Virus record (IMG/VR): IMGVR_UViG_3300046559_001153
Coordinates: 62,001 to 126,000 of that record
Reading direction: 5' to 3' (one strand)
Length of the DNA: 64,000 bases
Part shown: positions 1-9,992 of the stretch, one piece after another
Layout of the letters: every line of letters starts with the position of its first letter
Position numbering within the stretch: position 1 is the stretch's first letter
Notes under the pieces: model-generated
Seen by the model: only the letters and a program-made list of their open reading frames with translations
What the model was told of the DNA's origin: nothing
Database searches by the model: none
Program-made: the position numbers and the translations under genes

Positions 1-27
1 TCATCTGGCCGTCTGGAACCGGGACAG

Positions 28-1086
28 GTGATTAACCCTAAATTGTACAGGGCTCTCGAGAAACGTTTTGGCGAGGTGCGTGTAGGCTCGCCAGGGCTCG
101 AGCTGATCGGCAAAACTGAGCGAATTACGACAGCGTCCGGCCGCGATCATCCTGTCTTGTCGGTGAGGTACTGGGGGGAGCATTACGCTGTCTGCTGCCC
201 CAAATGCGGAGATACCAAACATAGGCTCTATTTCAGCCAGCGATTTGGTGTCAGCGACAAGCACGGGCTCAATAAGAATCTCGTGTATTGCTTCAACGAG
301 AACTGCTATGCCGAGTGGGAAGACCGAGAACACCTGTACTCTTTGTTGTTCAACTTCAATATCGGTTCTCAGAAAATTACGGATTTGCGTAAAGGCAAGA
401 CTCTGACTGAGGTCGAGCTGAAGGTGGTGATCCCCGGCATCACTTACAAGTTGGAAGATCTCGATGAAGATCATGCTTCTCGACGATACATTGAAAGCCG
501 CGGTTTCGATCCAAACACCCTGTCAAAAATCTACGGGGTGTCTTATTGCGCGTTTGCCCAGGATTACCGCGTGCACAGGCGTATCTTGATCCCCGTCTAC
601 AATGACGGGAACCTTGTCGGCTGGCAGGCTCGCTATGTGGGTGAACTGGATTGGAAGGGTGAGAATAAGTCAGTCAAGAAGTACCATACCTGCCCGGGCA
701 TGAGGAAGTCTCTTTGCCTGTACAACCTGGACAGGGCTAAGCACTATCCGACCGGGGTAGTTGTTGAAGGTGTGACTGATGTGTGGTCCTTCGGTCCAAT
801 GGCCGTCTCTGGTTTCGGAGACAAGATCTCCCCAGGTCAAGTCGACTTGCTCGTTAAACATTTTCAGAACAAGTCGTTGTTGATTGTGTTGGATAGTGAG
901 CCGAGCGCGTTGGAAAAAGCGCACGAAGTCGCGGAAGAACTGCGTGGCCGAATCGTGAAGGGCGTAGCCGTGATAACGTTGCCCGACGGATCTGATCCGG
1001 CTGATCTGGATCGACGAGTTCTGTGGCAGATCGCTAAGAAACAGGCGGCAGAGCAGGGTGTGTTCTGCTCATTCAAACGGGCGTAA
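28..1086 (+). CDS. DNA primase (N-terminal Zn-binding domain + Toprim domain)
   Basis: CCPKC..H..C..NC Zn cluster; Toprim motifs VVVEGVTDVW, LDSE, DGSDPAD; GTG start overlapping TGA of an upstream frame. Confidence 0.88.
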   Translation: MINPKLYRALEKRFGEVRVGSPGLELIGKTERITTASGRDHPVLSVRYWGEHYAVCCPKCGDTKHRLYFSQRFGVSDKHGLNKNLVYCFNENCYAEWEDREHLYSLLFNFNIGSQKITDLRKGKTLTEVELKVVIPGITYKLEDLDEDHASRRYIESRGFDPNTLSKIYGVSYCAFAQDYRVHRRILIPVYNDGNLVGWQARYVGELDWKGENKSVKKYHTCPGMRKSLCLYNLDRAKHYPTGVVVEGVTDVWSFGPMAVSGFGDKISPGQVDLLVKHFQNKSLLIVLDSEPSALEKAHEVAEELRGRIVKGVAVITLPDGSDPADLDRRVLWQIAKKQAAEQGVFCSFKRA

Positions 1087-1101
1087 CTTTTCAAAAAGTT
1101 A
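1084..1101. promoter_or_regulatory. 18-bp palindromic motif copy 1 (TAACTTTTCAAAAAGTTA)
   Basis: Near-perfect inverted repeat overlapping primase stop, just upstream of polymerase SD; recurs 7 times. Confidence 0.7.
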
Positions 1102-1121
1102 ACAATTTAAGGAGTCGCGGT

Positions 1122-4100
1122 ATGGCTGATCGTGTGCTGATTTCTGATCTGTCCGCGTCGAAAGACAATACTAAAAAACAGCTGAGCAAGCAGGCAGTTG
1201 CCGGTTTGCGTGTCTATCCATTTACTGCCCCGGGGATGCCGAAACCGGGTCCGTCTTTTGTCGCCGCCGCCCGACAGTGGGTTGGAGAGCCCGACGAGCC
1301 TCCGCATGTCCTGTCGAAAGATCAGATCGTTAGGAGGAAAGAAGCGTACGATAAAGCTGTGAATGAACAACTCGCTCAGTTTTATGAGGACGCGTTATAC
1401 AATCCTTTCGATATGCCCGTCGGCTTCAGGCACAAGGATCCGCCATTCCGTGAAGCGCGTTTTGGGTCTAGCCATTTCGTCCCTGGCAGTTTATGGGATA
1501 CGTCTAATATGGGCGACAGGCATAACATGCCTCCGGGCGGATATGGCCCGCGTCGTGCTCGAATCATGGTTATCGGAAAGACGCCTAACCAGGATGAGGT
1601 CAGGCATAACCGTAATCTGGTTGGCGGACCCGGTAGCTATCTTCTCGAGATGCTTCGTCAGTACGGTATTGATGACATGGCCAGCTGGTATGTGACCAGC
1701 CTGGTGAAATTTATCCCGCCGAGGGATAAGACGGCTCTCGCAGCTGAGTGGGTTCAAGACTGCGCTCCGCTGTTGCAGATGGAATTAAGAATCGTTCGAC
1801 CGGAGATCATTCTTTGTCTCGGCGCTGATGCAGTGAAGGCTGTGTTTGGTAAGGGAGTCAAGTTGGCCGAGGTTGAAGGTCGTGATGTTCCCCTTACGTA
1901 CAATTACCATTTATCCGATAGTCATTATCCATTGCGCCACACGGCGAAAGTTTTCTCAGTCGTGCACCCTGCTTTCGTCATGCGTACTCCGGCCGAGGGG
2001 CCTAGATTGGCAGCTAGTTTATCTAGGTTTTCACGAATGTTAGCTGGTGAGGATCTGGGCCAGGAAGAGGTTGACATCGACCATCGCGTCATTCGAACGA
2101 TGGACGACTTGGTACTCACTTTGCAGGACGCAGATGACGAATGTACAGATGGCCTTATTGCTGTCGATGCCGAATGGAATGGGCGTCATCCGCAAAATCG
2201 TGACGCCTATGTGAGGACAATCCAGTTCTCCTGGGCTCATGGTAAGGCTGCCAATATCGTCGTGACAGACTCGACTGGCGGGTGGTGTTTTGATGAACCG
2301 AAAGAGGAGTTGATTGCCCGATTGCTCGACTTTTTCGAGGACAAGAGAGTCGTCGGTCACTACTTGGCAACTGACTTGGAAGTCCTCATTCACTGGGGAT
2401 TGGACCTGCGTCCTCAGTATGCCGTGCCGCAGGACAATCGCGGCGATCAGCTGGCGTGGGAACGCACGCGTAATGAAGGCGGGGCCAACACGGCTTACAT
2501 GGCTCACGCTATTGAAGAGACGGGCAAGTTTGGATTGGATGCTTTATCTTTGCGGTATACGTCTGCCCCGGCGTATTGGGCGGAATTGGATCAATGGAAG
2601 AAAGCCTACTGCGCCAAGAGAAAGATTAAGCTGAAGTCGCTCGAGGGATATGGTCCATGCCCTGATGCAACCCTGGTCCCTTACGGTAATTACGATGCCG
2701 ACGTTACCCTCCGTATTTACCACAAGCTGAATGATCTGTTGGACTGCGACTACCAGGGTAACTGCTGTCGTGAAGCGTATTGGCGATCGATGTCAGTCGA
2801 GCCGGCCGTGATCGAGATCAATCGAACAGGTCTCACGCTGGATATGACACGAGCCCGTGTTCTGGCTGAGCGTTTCATGAAAGCTCGCGATGAGCTAGAA
2901 GATCGAATCAGGGCGTGGGCTAAGTGGCCTAAATTGAATCTGAGATCACCGCTTGAGGTTAAGGAATTCCTGTTTGGCGCCAAGCTGAATGGCAAGAAAT
3001 CGCCGACTGGTGGTATGGTCCGTTTGCGTCCACCAGAGGCTAAGAGCCTCAGGCTGGCACCCATATTCGATACCAGCAAACGGCCGATATCCTGGGCTGA
3101 AATTGAAGAACGTCGCGAGACGGATATCTACAACCCGTCGACTAACAAGTCGAATCTGCAGCTGCTCTTCTACGAGAACGAAAAGTACTCCGAGCAGATC
3201 CGCTGGTTTCGCGACTTCCGTTTCGTTGATCAGGTGATGAAGTCTGTGCTGCAACCGAAAGACAGACGTTACGTGAACGAGGACTCGGTTCGAGATTTCA
3301 AGGGTGGTATTCCGTGGGCCATGTGTGACGACGGACGAGTTAGAACACACATCTGGACAACTAAAGAAACGGGTCGATGGTCGTCGAGTGATCCGCCGTT
3401 GCAGAATATCAGCAAAGTTCGTGACGACGATTACGCGAGAATTCTGGGTGCTGAGAACTACAAGAACAAGATTCGAAGTATGTTCAGAGCGACCAGGGCC
3501 AGCGATCCTGGTGCCTGGGTCAATGAGGACTGTCTGCTTATTGAAAGTGACTTTACTGGCGCCGAGTTATGTATGACGGCTTGGATGTCTGGCGACGCGG
3601 CGATGATTGAGCATGTGCGTCGTAACGCATTGCCGGAGAATGACCCAGACTACTACGACATCCACAGCAATGTGGCTGTGCTGGCTTTTCGTCTGAAATG
3701 TCTTCCGACAAAAGCTGGGTTGAAGTCGTTGCCAGGGCCGACCAAGGATGGCAAGAAGTACCTGCGAGATATCGCCAAACGAATCATGTTTGGAATGTTC
3801 TACGGACGAGGTGCTGCAGCCATTTCGCGTGAGGCTCGTGAGCAGGGGGTTGATGTTTCAGTCGACGAGGCTCAGGGCGTCATGGAGACCATTTTCGATC
3901 TCTATCCGAATTTGAGACCGTTTTACGCTGAGTGCAAAGCTAGAGCTTCAAATCCTGGCTGGATCTGTACAGCTTTCGGTAGTTTCCGACGGGTCATGCC
4001 GACGCGAGATCAGGAAGTACTGTCAGAGTTTGAACGACAGTTCATGAACGTCCCCATTCAGGGCGGGGTGGCCTATGCCATGTCGCAGGGGATTACCAAT

Positions 4101-4397
4101 CTGTGCCATTATCGTGATAAGTCAGGTGATCCGGATATGTTCCGGGTCGTTTTGCAGGTGCATGACGCTGTGATTCTTGAAGTTCCGATTAGCAAGGTCG
4201 CCAGTGTTGCGCAGACTGTGATGCCGCTGTGCCTAGAAGAGCAGGTGCCGGTTTATCCGTGCACACTATCTGGCGATTCCACAGGCGACGGGCCTTACCG
4301 GTTCTCTGCAGTTACTGAGGTATTTGCCAGATGGGGTGAAAGGATAACCAAAGCAGACTGTCAAAAATACGGGTTACCCCTCGAACTGGGTGTTTAA
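1122..4397 (+). CDS. polA: Family A DNA polymerase with N-terminal uracil-DNA-glycosylase-like domain and 3'-5' exonuclease
   Basis: UDG-4-like RIMVIGKTPN..E...VGGPG and HPA; Exo I VDAEW, Exo III YGNYDAD; Pol motifs TGRWSSSDPPLQNI, ESDFTGAEL, RDIAKRIMFGMFYG, NVPIQG, LQVHDAVILEV. Confidence 0.93.
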   Translation: MADRVLISDLSASKDNTKKQLSKQAVAGLRVYPFTAPGMPKPGPSFVAAARQWVGEPDEPPHVLSKDQIVRRKEAYDKAVNEQLAQFYEDALYNPFDMPVGFRHKDPPFREARFGSSHFVPGSLWDTSNMGDRHNMPPGGYGPRRARIMVIGKTPNQDEVRHNRNLVGGPGSYLLEMLRQYGIDDMASWYVTSLVKFIPPRDKTALAAEWVQDCAPLLQMELRIVRPEIILCLGADAVKAVFGKGVKLAEVEGRDVPLTYNYHLSDSHYPLRHTAKVFSVVHPAFVMRTPAEGPRLAASLSRFSRMLAGEDLGQEEVDIDHRVIRTMDDLVLTLQDADDECTDGLIAVDAEWNGRHPQNRDAYVRTIQFSWAHGKAANIVVTDSTGGWCFDEPKEELIARLLDFFEDKRVVGHYLATDLEVLIHWGLDLRPQYAVPQDNRGDQLAWERTRNEGGANTAYMAHAIEETGKFGLDALSLRYTSAPAYWAELDQWKKAYCAKRKIKLKSLEGYGPCPDATLVPYGNYDADVTLRIYHKLNDLLDCDYQGNCCREAYWRSMSVEPAVIEINRTGLTLDMTRARVLAERFMKARDELEDRIRAWAKWPKLNLRSPLEVKEFLFGAKLNGKKSPTGGMVRLRPPEAKSLRLAPIFDTSKRPISWAEIEERRETDIYNPSTNKSNLQLLFYENEKYSEQIRWFRDFRFVDQVMKSVLQPKDRRYVNEDSVRDFKGGIPWAMCDDGRVRTHIWTTKETGRWSSSDPPLQNISKVRDDDYARILGAENYKNKIRSMFRATRASDPGAWVNEDCLLIESDFTGAELCMTAWMSGDAAMIEHVRRNALPENDPDYYDIHSNVAVLAFRLKCLPTKAGLKSLPGPTKDGKKYLRDIAKRIMFGMFYGRGAAAISREAREQGVDVSVDEAQGVMETIFDLYPNLRPFYAECKARASNPGWICTAFGSFRRVMPTRDQEVLSEFERQFMNVPIQGGVAYAMSQGITNLCHYRDKSGDPDMFRVVLQVHDAVILEVPISKVASVAQTVMPLCLEEQVPVYPCTLSGDSTGDGPYRFSAVTEVFARWGERITKADCQKYGLPLELGV

Positions 4398-4415
4398 TTT
4401 TCACAAGGAAATGTC

Positions 4416-5282
4416 ATGTCATTTGTAAGTAAGATCAAGAAAGTGACGGTCAAATCGTTGACGGCGAAGCAATCAGCTGCGGCGCCCACCGACATCGATT
4501 TCAGCAAGAGAGCGACTTACAACCTGCTGATTACTCCAGGTCTGGCCGCCTGGATATTGGAAAACAAGAATGGGTCCAATCTTCGTAAGACGATGGTCAG
4601 GGCTCATGTTCGCCTCCTCGGCGATACGATGGCTCGAGGTGACTGGGTGGACAATCACGTACAGCCAATTATTTTTGACGAAAACGGGGATCTGGCTGAT
4701 GGGCAGCACCGTATGCAGTGCGTCGTCGATACCGGTAAATCGATCTGGATGAAAGTTGAAGCGGGTTGTCCGGACGCATGGTCCAAAACATATGACACCG
4801 TGCAACCTCGTGGTTTGAAGGATCATGCGCCTTTCTCTAACGATCCCAAGCTCAACGGGTACATGGCTACGATCGTTCGCCAATACCAGACCCTGCTGAC
4901 TGGCAATGGCCGTACTCAGCCGACGTCCATTTACGAAGCGCTCTACTTGGAGCACGCTGACGCGATCAACTTTGCTGCACTGTTTGCATCATCGAGGGTC
5001 AAGGCAGTGACACGGGCCGGCGTTTCCTGCGCACTACTGGAAATGTTCGAACGCGGACGAGCACAGTCCAAAGCCTTTGCCGAGTCTCTTCGTGTGCCAG
5101 ACGGCCCTATTCAGCCCGCACGAATGCTTCGCGACTGGTGCCAGCGCAATTCGTCTTCCGGCGGCGGGACTACCGGCACACGCCACTGGTTTGACCGATC
5201 GGTATTCTGCATGAATGCGTTTTTCGAGGGCCGCGATATCACCCAGGTGAAGCCCGGCATCTGGGGCGTGAAGAAGAAATAG
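4416..5282 (+). CDS. ParB/Srx-like (DGQHR) domain protein
   Basis: IIFDENGDLADGQHR motif typical of ParB-N-like phage proteins. Confidence 0.6.
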   Translation: MSFVSKIKKVTVKSLTAKQSAAAPTDIDFSKRATYNLLITPGLAAWILENKNGSNLRKTMVRAHVRLLGDTMARGDWVDNHVQPIIFDENGDLADGQHRMQCVVDTGKSIWMKVEAGCPDAWSKTYDTVQPRGLKDHAPFSNDPKLNGYMATIVRQYQTLLTGNGRTQPTSIYEALYLEHADAINFAALFASSRVKAVTRAGVSCALLEMFERGRAQSKAFAESLRVPDGPIQPARMLRDWCQRNSSSGGGTTGTRHWFDRSVFCMNAFFEGRDITQVKPGIWGVKKK

Positions 5283-5385
5283 AGCGGCGAAAAACATTGG
5301 CGTTGCATCGTACGGGATGGGCGGGTATGCTTGCTCTCCCATCCACCAAATCGCCCAGGGACGGGCCCTTTAGGACCCGTTATTG

Positions 5386-6003
5386 ATGAACGCGTTTTGC
5401 ACTCTCGATGAAGCCGTTTCTGCGGCCAAAATCCGCTTCAGGCGTGAGATAGAGCAGGCTCTGGCCACGTGGCGTAACGCCCGATACGACGGCCGATTCC
5501 CGATGATTTCCGTCAATGGTCCTGGCGGATGCGGGAAGGATCAGACGTGCTGCTACATCTCTAGAGGGGCTGGCTGGGGTGCTGTTGATCTTGGTCAATT
5601 CGCTGTGTCTAACGCCGTAAAAGAGATGATCGGCTGGTGTTTGAACATAGATCCTGACCAGGCTTACATGCAGCGGCGAGACCACCGAACCTACTGGTTC
5701 GAATGGTGTAACCTTTTTCGCAAGGAAGACCCAGCCATTCTGGCCAAGCTGGCCATGCAAGATCGCGGGCTCGTGTCTGGCATTCGTGCCAGGGAGGAGT
5801 TTGAGGCCTGTCGCGATCAGCAAGTGTTTGACATTGCTGTCTGGATCGACCGGCCAGGCATCAAAGCTGAACATCACACGCTGGAAATCGGCCAATCTGA
5901 TTGCGATTACACTATTTTGAATCACGGCAGTTTGGTCGCGCTGAAGAAGGAAGTTAGTAAGTTTCTCGACAAGTTTGGCATTTTGAAGGAAGGAAGTATT
6001 TGA
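5386..6003 (+). CDS. Deoxynucleoside monophosphate kinase-like P-loop protein
   Basis: Walker A ISVNGPGGCGKD; SGIRAREE (D-x-R-like), WIDRPG, CDYTILNHGSL pattern of phage dNMP kinases. Confidence 0.65.
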   Translation: MNAFCTLDEAVSAAKIRFRREIEQALATWRNARYDGRFPMISVNGPGGCGKDQTCCYISRGAGWGAVDLGQFAVSNAVKEMIGWCLNIDPDQAYMQRRDHRTYWFEWCNLFRKEDPAILAKLAMQDRGLVSGIRAREEFEACRDQQVFDIAVWIDRPGIKAEHHTLEIGQSDCDYTILNHGSLVALKKEVSKFLDKFGILKEGSI

Positions 6004-8033
6004 TGTCGACAACTGTTGGCAGAAAGAAGGACGACGGATACCGTTTGAAGAAACACGTCAAGATCGGGTCATCTGTGCCCATCGGCGACAAGACGATCGC
6101 CCCGGGTGTCTCCCACTTGACTGTGATCAGGCCTCAGATGCAGAAGGGCCCTTTGTGGTTTCGCATCGCGCCGACTCTGGACAAGGACAACTTGCAGCAG
6201 TTCATGCCCGTTTGCTACACCGACGACCCGGCTCTGGACAACGTTACGGACTGGGTGAGGGCAATGCCGGCTGCACGTTACATGGGCGTTGAGGGCGGCG
6301 AAAGGGCTACGTGCTTGTTGCACGCCCCTAACAACGAGTCCTACGACCCCTGGAAGGTGAATCCGTACTACCTGCTGTACCGCTACGCCAAGCGAGCTCA
6401 CGACAACGTCAAGTCGAAGGAAAACGCGAACTGGCAGCCGCAGTGGAACGGGGTCATTCACGGCAAGGAAGCCGGGCTCAAGAACCCGGACGTGCTGTAC
6501 ATGCTCCTGGGCTACGTCTACGAGAACGGGAAAGACCGCTACTTCAAGGAGAATGGCGTTCCGCTCGGCCTCGGAGAGAACGATGGGACGATCTTGATCC
6601 AATTGACCAAGAGCGGTGGTGAAGCCGTCGTGACGCAAGCTGTGGATGCCAATCCGAACTTCCAGCAGGGTGTGGCTGATCACGATACCAGTGATCCGGC
6701 AGCCGTGCTGGCGGCCTATAACGACTACTTCGAGAAGGCTCACAAGTACGGTGACGTCACCTCGTTGAAGACCGGCCGAATCTGCTGCGTGCACGACCCC
6801 GAGCTGTTCCCTGTTGATCAGCTGGTCCCGACTAAGGCGCCGAAGATCGGCATTTCGACCAACAAGAAGGGTGGCGGCAAGAAGGAAGAATTCAGCCACT
6901 ACGATGCCTTCTTCCGCAAGAACTACTTCTACAGACGCCAGGAGAAGTTCTCGGTTGACCTGTCCGAGCACGAAGAGAAGATCAAGAAGCGCATTCAGTT
7001 CTTGTCAGAACTGCTGTACGTGCCGTCTCACGAAGAGCTGGCGTTGTGGATCGCCTTTGCCTTCAAGCCGGTCGGCAAGTTGCTGACGCTGGCCTGGGCA
7101 GACAATCCCGAGTTCATGACGGACGACGTGCGTAAAGTCCTGGGTGCAGCCAGGGTCGTGGCTGTTTCTGGTTCGAAGAAGTCGCGAGCAAAAGCGGACG
7201 TGACGGCTCCTCCGCAGGAAGAGCTGGCTGCTGATGACGAAGTGACTGGTTCGCCCGTCACTGACGACGACGAAAACGAGGACGATCTTCCTCCTCTTCC
7301 GCCTGACGCGGACGAAATCGATGACGAAGAAGGCGACGCGACACCGCCCGAGTCACCCGAGACCGACGACGAGGTGGCTGAGGATCCGGCAACGGACGAT
7401 GTTCCTCCCGAACCGGAAGCAGAGGCACCCGCGGCAGACGAAGAGGCCGCGGCTGAGGATGCCGACCCGGAAGATGACGAAACATTGGACGATCCGGACG
7501 CCGGGGACGATGACACGGCTTTGCCCGAGGGTGGGCCTGACGCGGATGATGACGACGAGGAAAGCGACGAGGTCTTGCCCCCGCTTGAAGACGACGATGA
7601 TGACGGGGAACCTGATGCCGCAGCTGACGAATCGACGGAAGAGGCCCCGCTGCCTGACGACGATGACGCGGGATCTGACCAACGTCCTCGTACTGCTGCT
7701 TCGAAACCGGCGACCAAGCCTCGTACGGCTCCGGCCGCTCAAGTTGAAACGCAGCCCGAAGAGGAGACTGGCCCGCCTGTGACTAAGGCGCGTCCGGCTT
7801 CTCCGAAACCGGCGGCGGCCACCAGACCGGCTGTCCCAGCGGCCAAACCGGCTGTTGCTCAGGCATCTAAGCCTGCCGCCGCAGCTGCTCCGAAGTCCTA
7901 CTACAAGGGAGCAGCCAATGGGGTTACTCCTGCTGCTACGCCGGCCGATCCGGCAACGCAGAAGAGGATCCAGGCCAAGGATTCGGCCAACACGTCAGCC
8001 AAAGCTCGTAGTGCAGCGCGTACTGCGAAGTAG
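6003..8033 (+). CDS. Large replication-module protein with very long acidic then Pro/Ala/Lys-rich disordered tail; possible ssDNA-binding protein
   Basis: Position between polymerase and RecA; D/E-rich tract about 7210-7680; function inferred from context only. Confidence 0.4.
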   Translation: MSTTVGRKKDDGYRLKKHVKIGSSVPIGDKTIAPGVSHLTVIRPQMQKGPLWFRIAPTLDKDNLQQFMPVCYTDDPALDNVTDWVRAMPAARYMGVEGGERATCLLHAPNNESYDPWKVNPYYLLYRYAKRAHDNVKSKENANWQPQWNGVIHGKEAGLKNPDVLYMLLGYVYENGKDRYFKENGVPLGLGENDGTILIQLTKSGGEAVVTQAVDANPNFQQGVADHDTSDPAAVLAAYNDYFEKAHKYGDVTSLKTGRICCVHDPELFPVDQLVPTKAPKIGISTNKKGGGKKEEFSHYDAFFRKNYFYRRQEKFSVDLSEHEEKIKKRIQFLSELLYVPSHEELALWIAFAFKPVGKLLTLAWADNPEFMTDDVRKVLGAARVVAVSGSKKSRAKADVTAPPQEELAADDEVTGSPVTDDDENEDDLPPLPPDADEIDDEEGDATPPESPETDDEVAEDPATDDVPPEPEAEAPAADEEAAAEDADPEDDETLDDPDAGDDDTALPEGGPDADDDDEESDEVLPPLEDDDDDGEPDAAADESTEEAPLPDDDDAGSDQRPRTAASKPATKPRTAPAAQVETQPEEETGPPVTKARPASPKPAAATRPAVPAAKPAVAQASKPAAAAAPKSYYKGAANGVTPAATPADPATQKRIQAKDSANTSAKARSAARTAK

Positions 8034-8044
8034 TCGTCAAGACC

Positions 8045-8080
8045 CGTGGCGGGTTGCATTTGCAGCCCGCCACGTTTTGT
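8045..8080 (+). terminator. Rho-independent terminator
   Basis: 13-bp stem cgtggcgggttgc/gcagcccgccacg followed by ttttgt, right after stop at 8033. Confidence 0.75.
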
Positions 8081-8111
8081 GTTCCCGTTAATTATTAGGG
8101 AGTGACGTCAG

Positions 8112-9425
8112 ATGGCTAAGGAAGAGCAGGATGCTGAGAAGCCCAAACGCAAGAAAGCGAAGAAGGCTCAGAATGTAGGCTGGCACGATCCAAATTGTCG
8201 TACCACGCTTAGAGACAACACGATTCGATTCATGGTTGACGACTCGGCTCGAGAGTTTGGCGGGGCGTCGGCTGTGATGGTTGTCGGCGATGCGAACAAC
8301 ATGTTGATCGGATTGCCCATGCCGTGTATTGCCCTTGAATGGGCCATGGTCAACTCGATCTTCCCGCTCGGATTGCTGGTCCAGATCGTCGGTTTGCCCG
8401 GTACATGTAAGTCAGCGTTGATCTATGAGATTCTGCGTTGGTTTCACGAATTTGAGAATACCGGTATGGGTGTCCTCATCGAGAACGAAACCAAGATGTC
8501 CCAGGTTTTGATCAACTCGATTTTCAATTACTCGGCGAAGGGCTTGATCTTCGACGAGACATACAGCCTCGAGGAGTGGCAGGCTAAGATCCAGTATTAC
8601 ATTCGTCGCTTTCGCGAACGGATGGACGGGACAAAGTCTGAACCAGGCCCGGGACGGATCTACCCTGTAGGTCTCGCGTTGGACAGCTTGATGAGTAAGT
8701 CGGCTTTGGAGATTCAGGAGAAGGGTGAAAAGGAAGGCCACTTCGGTCGCAACTTCGCGATCGAAGCCGGGTCAATTAAGACGTTCATGCAGTCTGTTCC
8801 GCCCAAGCTGGCGGACATGCCTATGACGTTTCTTTACACCAATCACTTGAAACCGCAGACGAATCAGAAGACAGGCCACAAAGACGATCACGCGCCCGGC
8901 GGGTACGCGGTCGAATTCCAGGGCACGTTGATTCTGAAGACGACCGTTGTGAAGCGCAAGATTTCCACTGCTCATTTCGTCGGTCGCGGTATCGACATTA
9001 AGGTCATCAAGAATTCCATCGGGGAGACGGACCGATCATTTCAGACCCGTTTGCTGTGGTGGAATGAGTCGTATAACAACGAGGCCGGACAAGAGTGCCG
9101 CCGTCAACGGACCAGCTGGGATTGGGGATGGTCGACAGTCAAGTTCTTGAGTGAGCTGACTGGCGACGTAAAAGCCCGTGTCAGTGAGATCGTTGACCTG
9201 CACATTGGCCAGACTGGTGATGCGACTTGTAACGTCTGGTCGAAGGCTCTCGACATCAAACAGGGCCAGCCGTTCAGCTGGACTCGTGCTGGCGAGATGA
9301 TTCAGAATGACCCGGACATGCTGGCCAGGCTGAGGCTAGCGCTGGACATCAACGTTGGGACCATATTCAATCCCGGCGAAGATTATCGTGAGCAGCAGAA
9401 ACGACTGAAGAAAGGCTTGCCGTAA
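8112..9425 (+). CDS. recA: RecA/UvsX-like recombinase
   Basis: Walker A LVQIVGLPGTCKS, Walker B LALDSL, FLYTNHLK, APGGYAVEFQGTLIL (RecA TPGG-ALKFY equivalent). Confidence 0.88.
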   Translation: MAKEEQDAEKPKRKKAKKAQNVGWHDPNCRTTLRDNTIRFMVDDSAREFGGASAVMVVGDANNMLIGLPMPCIALEWAMVNSIFPLGLLVQIVGLPGTCKSALIYEILRWFHEFENTGMGVLIENETKMSQVLINSIFNYSAKGLIFDETYSLEEWQAKIQYYIRRFRERMDGTKSEPGPGRIYPVGLALDSLMSKSALEIQEKGEKEGHFGRNFAIEAGSIKTFMQSVPPKLADMPMTFLYTNHLKPQTNQKTGHKDDHAPGGYAVEFQGTLILKTTVVKRKISTAHFVGRGIDIKVIKNSIGETDRSFQTRLLWWNESYNNEAGQECRRQRTSWDWGWSTVKFLSELTGDVKARVSEIVDLHIGQTGDATCNVWSKALDIKQGQPFSWTRAGEMIQNDPDMLARLRLALDINVGTIFNPGEDYREQQKRLKKGLP

Positions 9426-9973
9426 TGGATCGAGATGAATTTCTAACTAAGGTTGGTGGAATCGGTTCATCGGCCGAGTATCACATGCAGCTCCAGGAGA
9501 ATTTTGAACACGGTCGTGTGAGCGCCGCATTACGGATCCTCGGTATCGGCGGAATGAAAGCAGCCGTGTTGGCCCACAGCAAAGCGCTTGAAGATCGACC
9601 ATTCTTGCTGTTCTCCGCCTTCAATGAGTTGTTCCCCACGTTTCCGGCCGTGTTGGCTGCCCGGTACCTGAAGAAGCAACAGACTGGCTTGGATGCCAAG
9701 TGGTCATTCACGTTTCGCAAATTCACCGGTACGCCGTTCTTTAAGGCCTACGATGACGTGTGCGAAACCGTTGGTGAGATTGGCAAGCCTATTGCTGTCT
9801 GTTTTGCTCGAATCGGCTTCGCGGATGGGATGGTCATTCATACCGTCCGCGGTTTGCCGAGGTGCGGAGTCCGATTGGATTACGCAATGGACGACGAGAA
9901 AGATCCAATCTTTCTCGAGCCGTTCAACGTCTTTATGCAGTCAGTCAAACAATCTGGCTGGAAACCTAGTTAA
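9425..9973 (+). CDS. Hypothetical protein
   Basis: TAATG coupling to recA stop; no family recognised. Confidence 0.7.
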   Translation: MDRDEFLTKVGGIGSSAEYHMQLQENFEHGRVSAALRILGIGGMKAAVLAHSKALEDRPFLLFSAFNELFPTFPAVLAARYLKKQQTGLDAKWSFTFRKFTGTPFFKAYDDVCETVGEIGKPIAVCFARIGFADGMVIHTVRGLPRCGVRLDYAMDDEKDPIFLEPFNVFMQSVKQSGWKPS

Positions 9974-9992
9974 TTTCTGAAAGGATTTTTTC

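Noticed and set aside
7028-7782. Ser-rich and other alternative-frame ORFs
   Set aside because: By-products of the GAC/GAA-rich acidic tract
9425-9973. Hjc-like resolvase call
   Set aside because: Only a faint C-terminal resemblance (KAYDD...KPIAVCFAR); PD-(D/E)XK catalytic residues not identifiable
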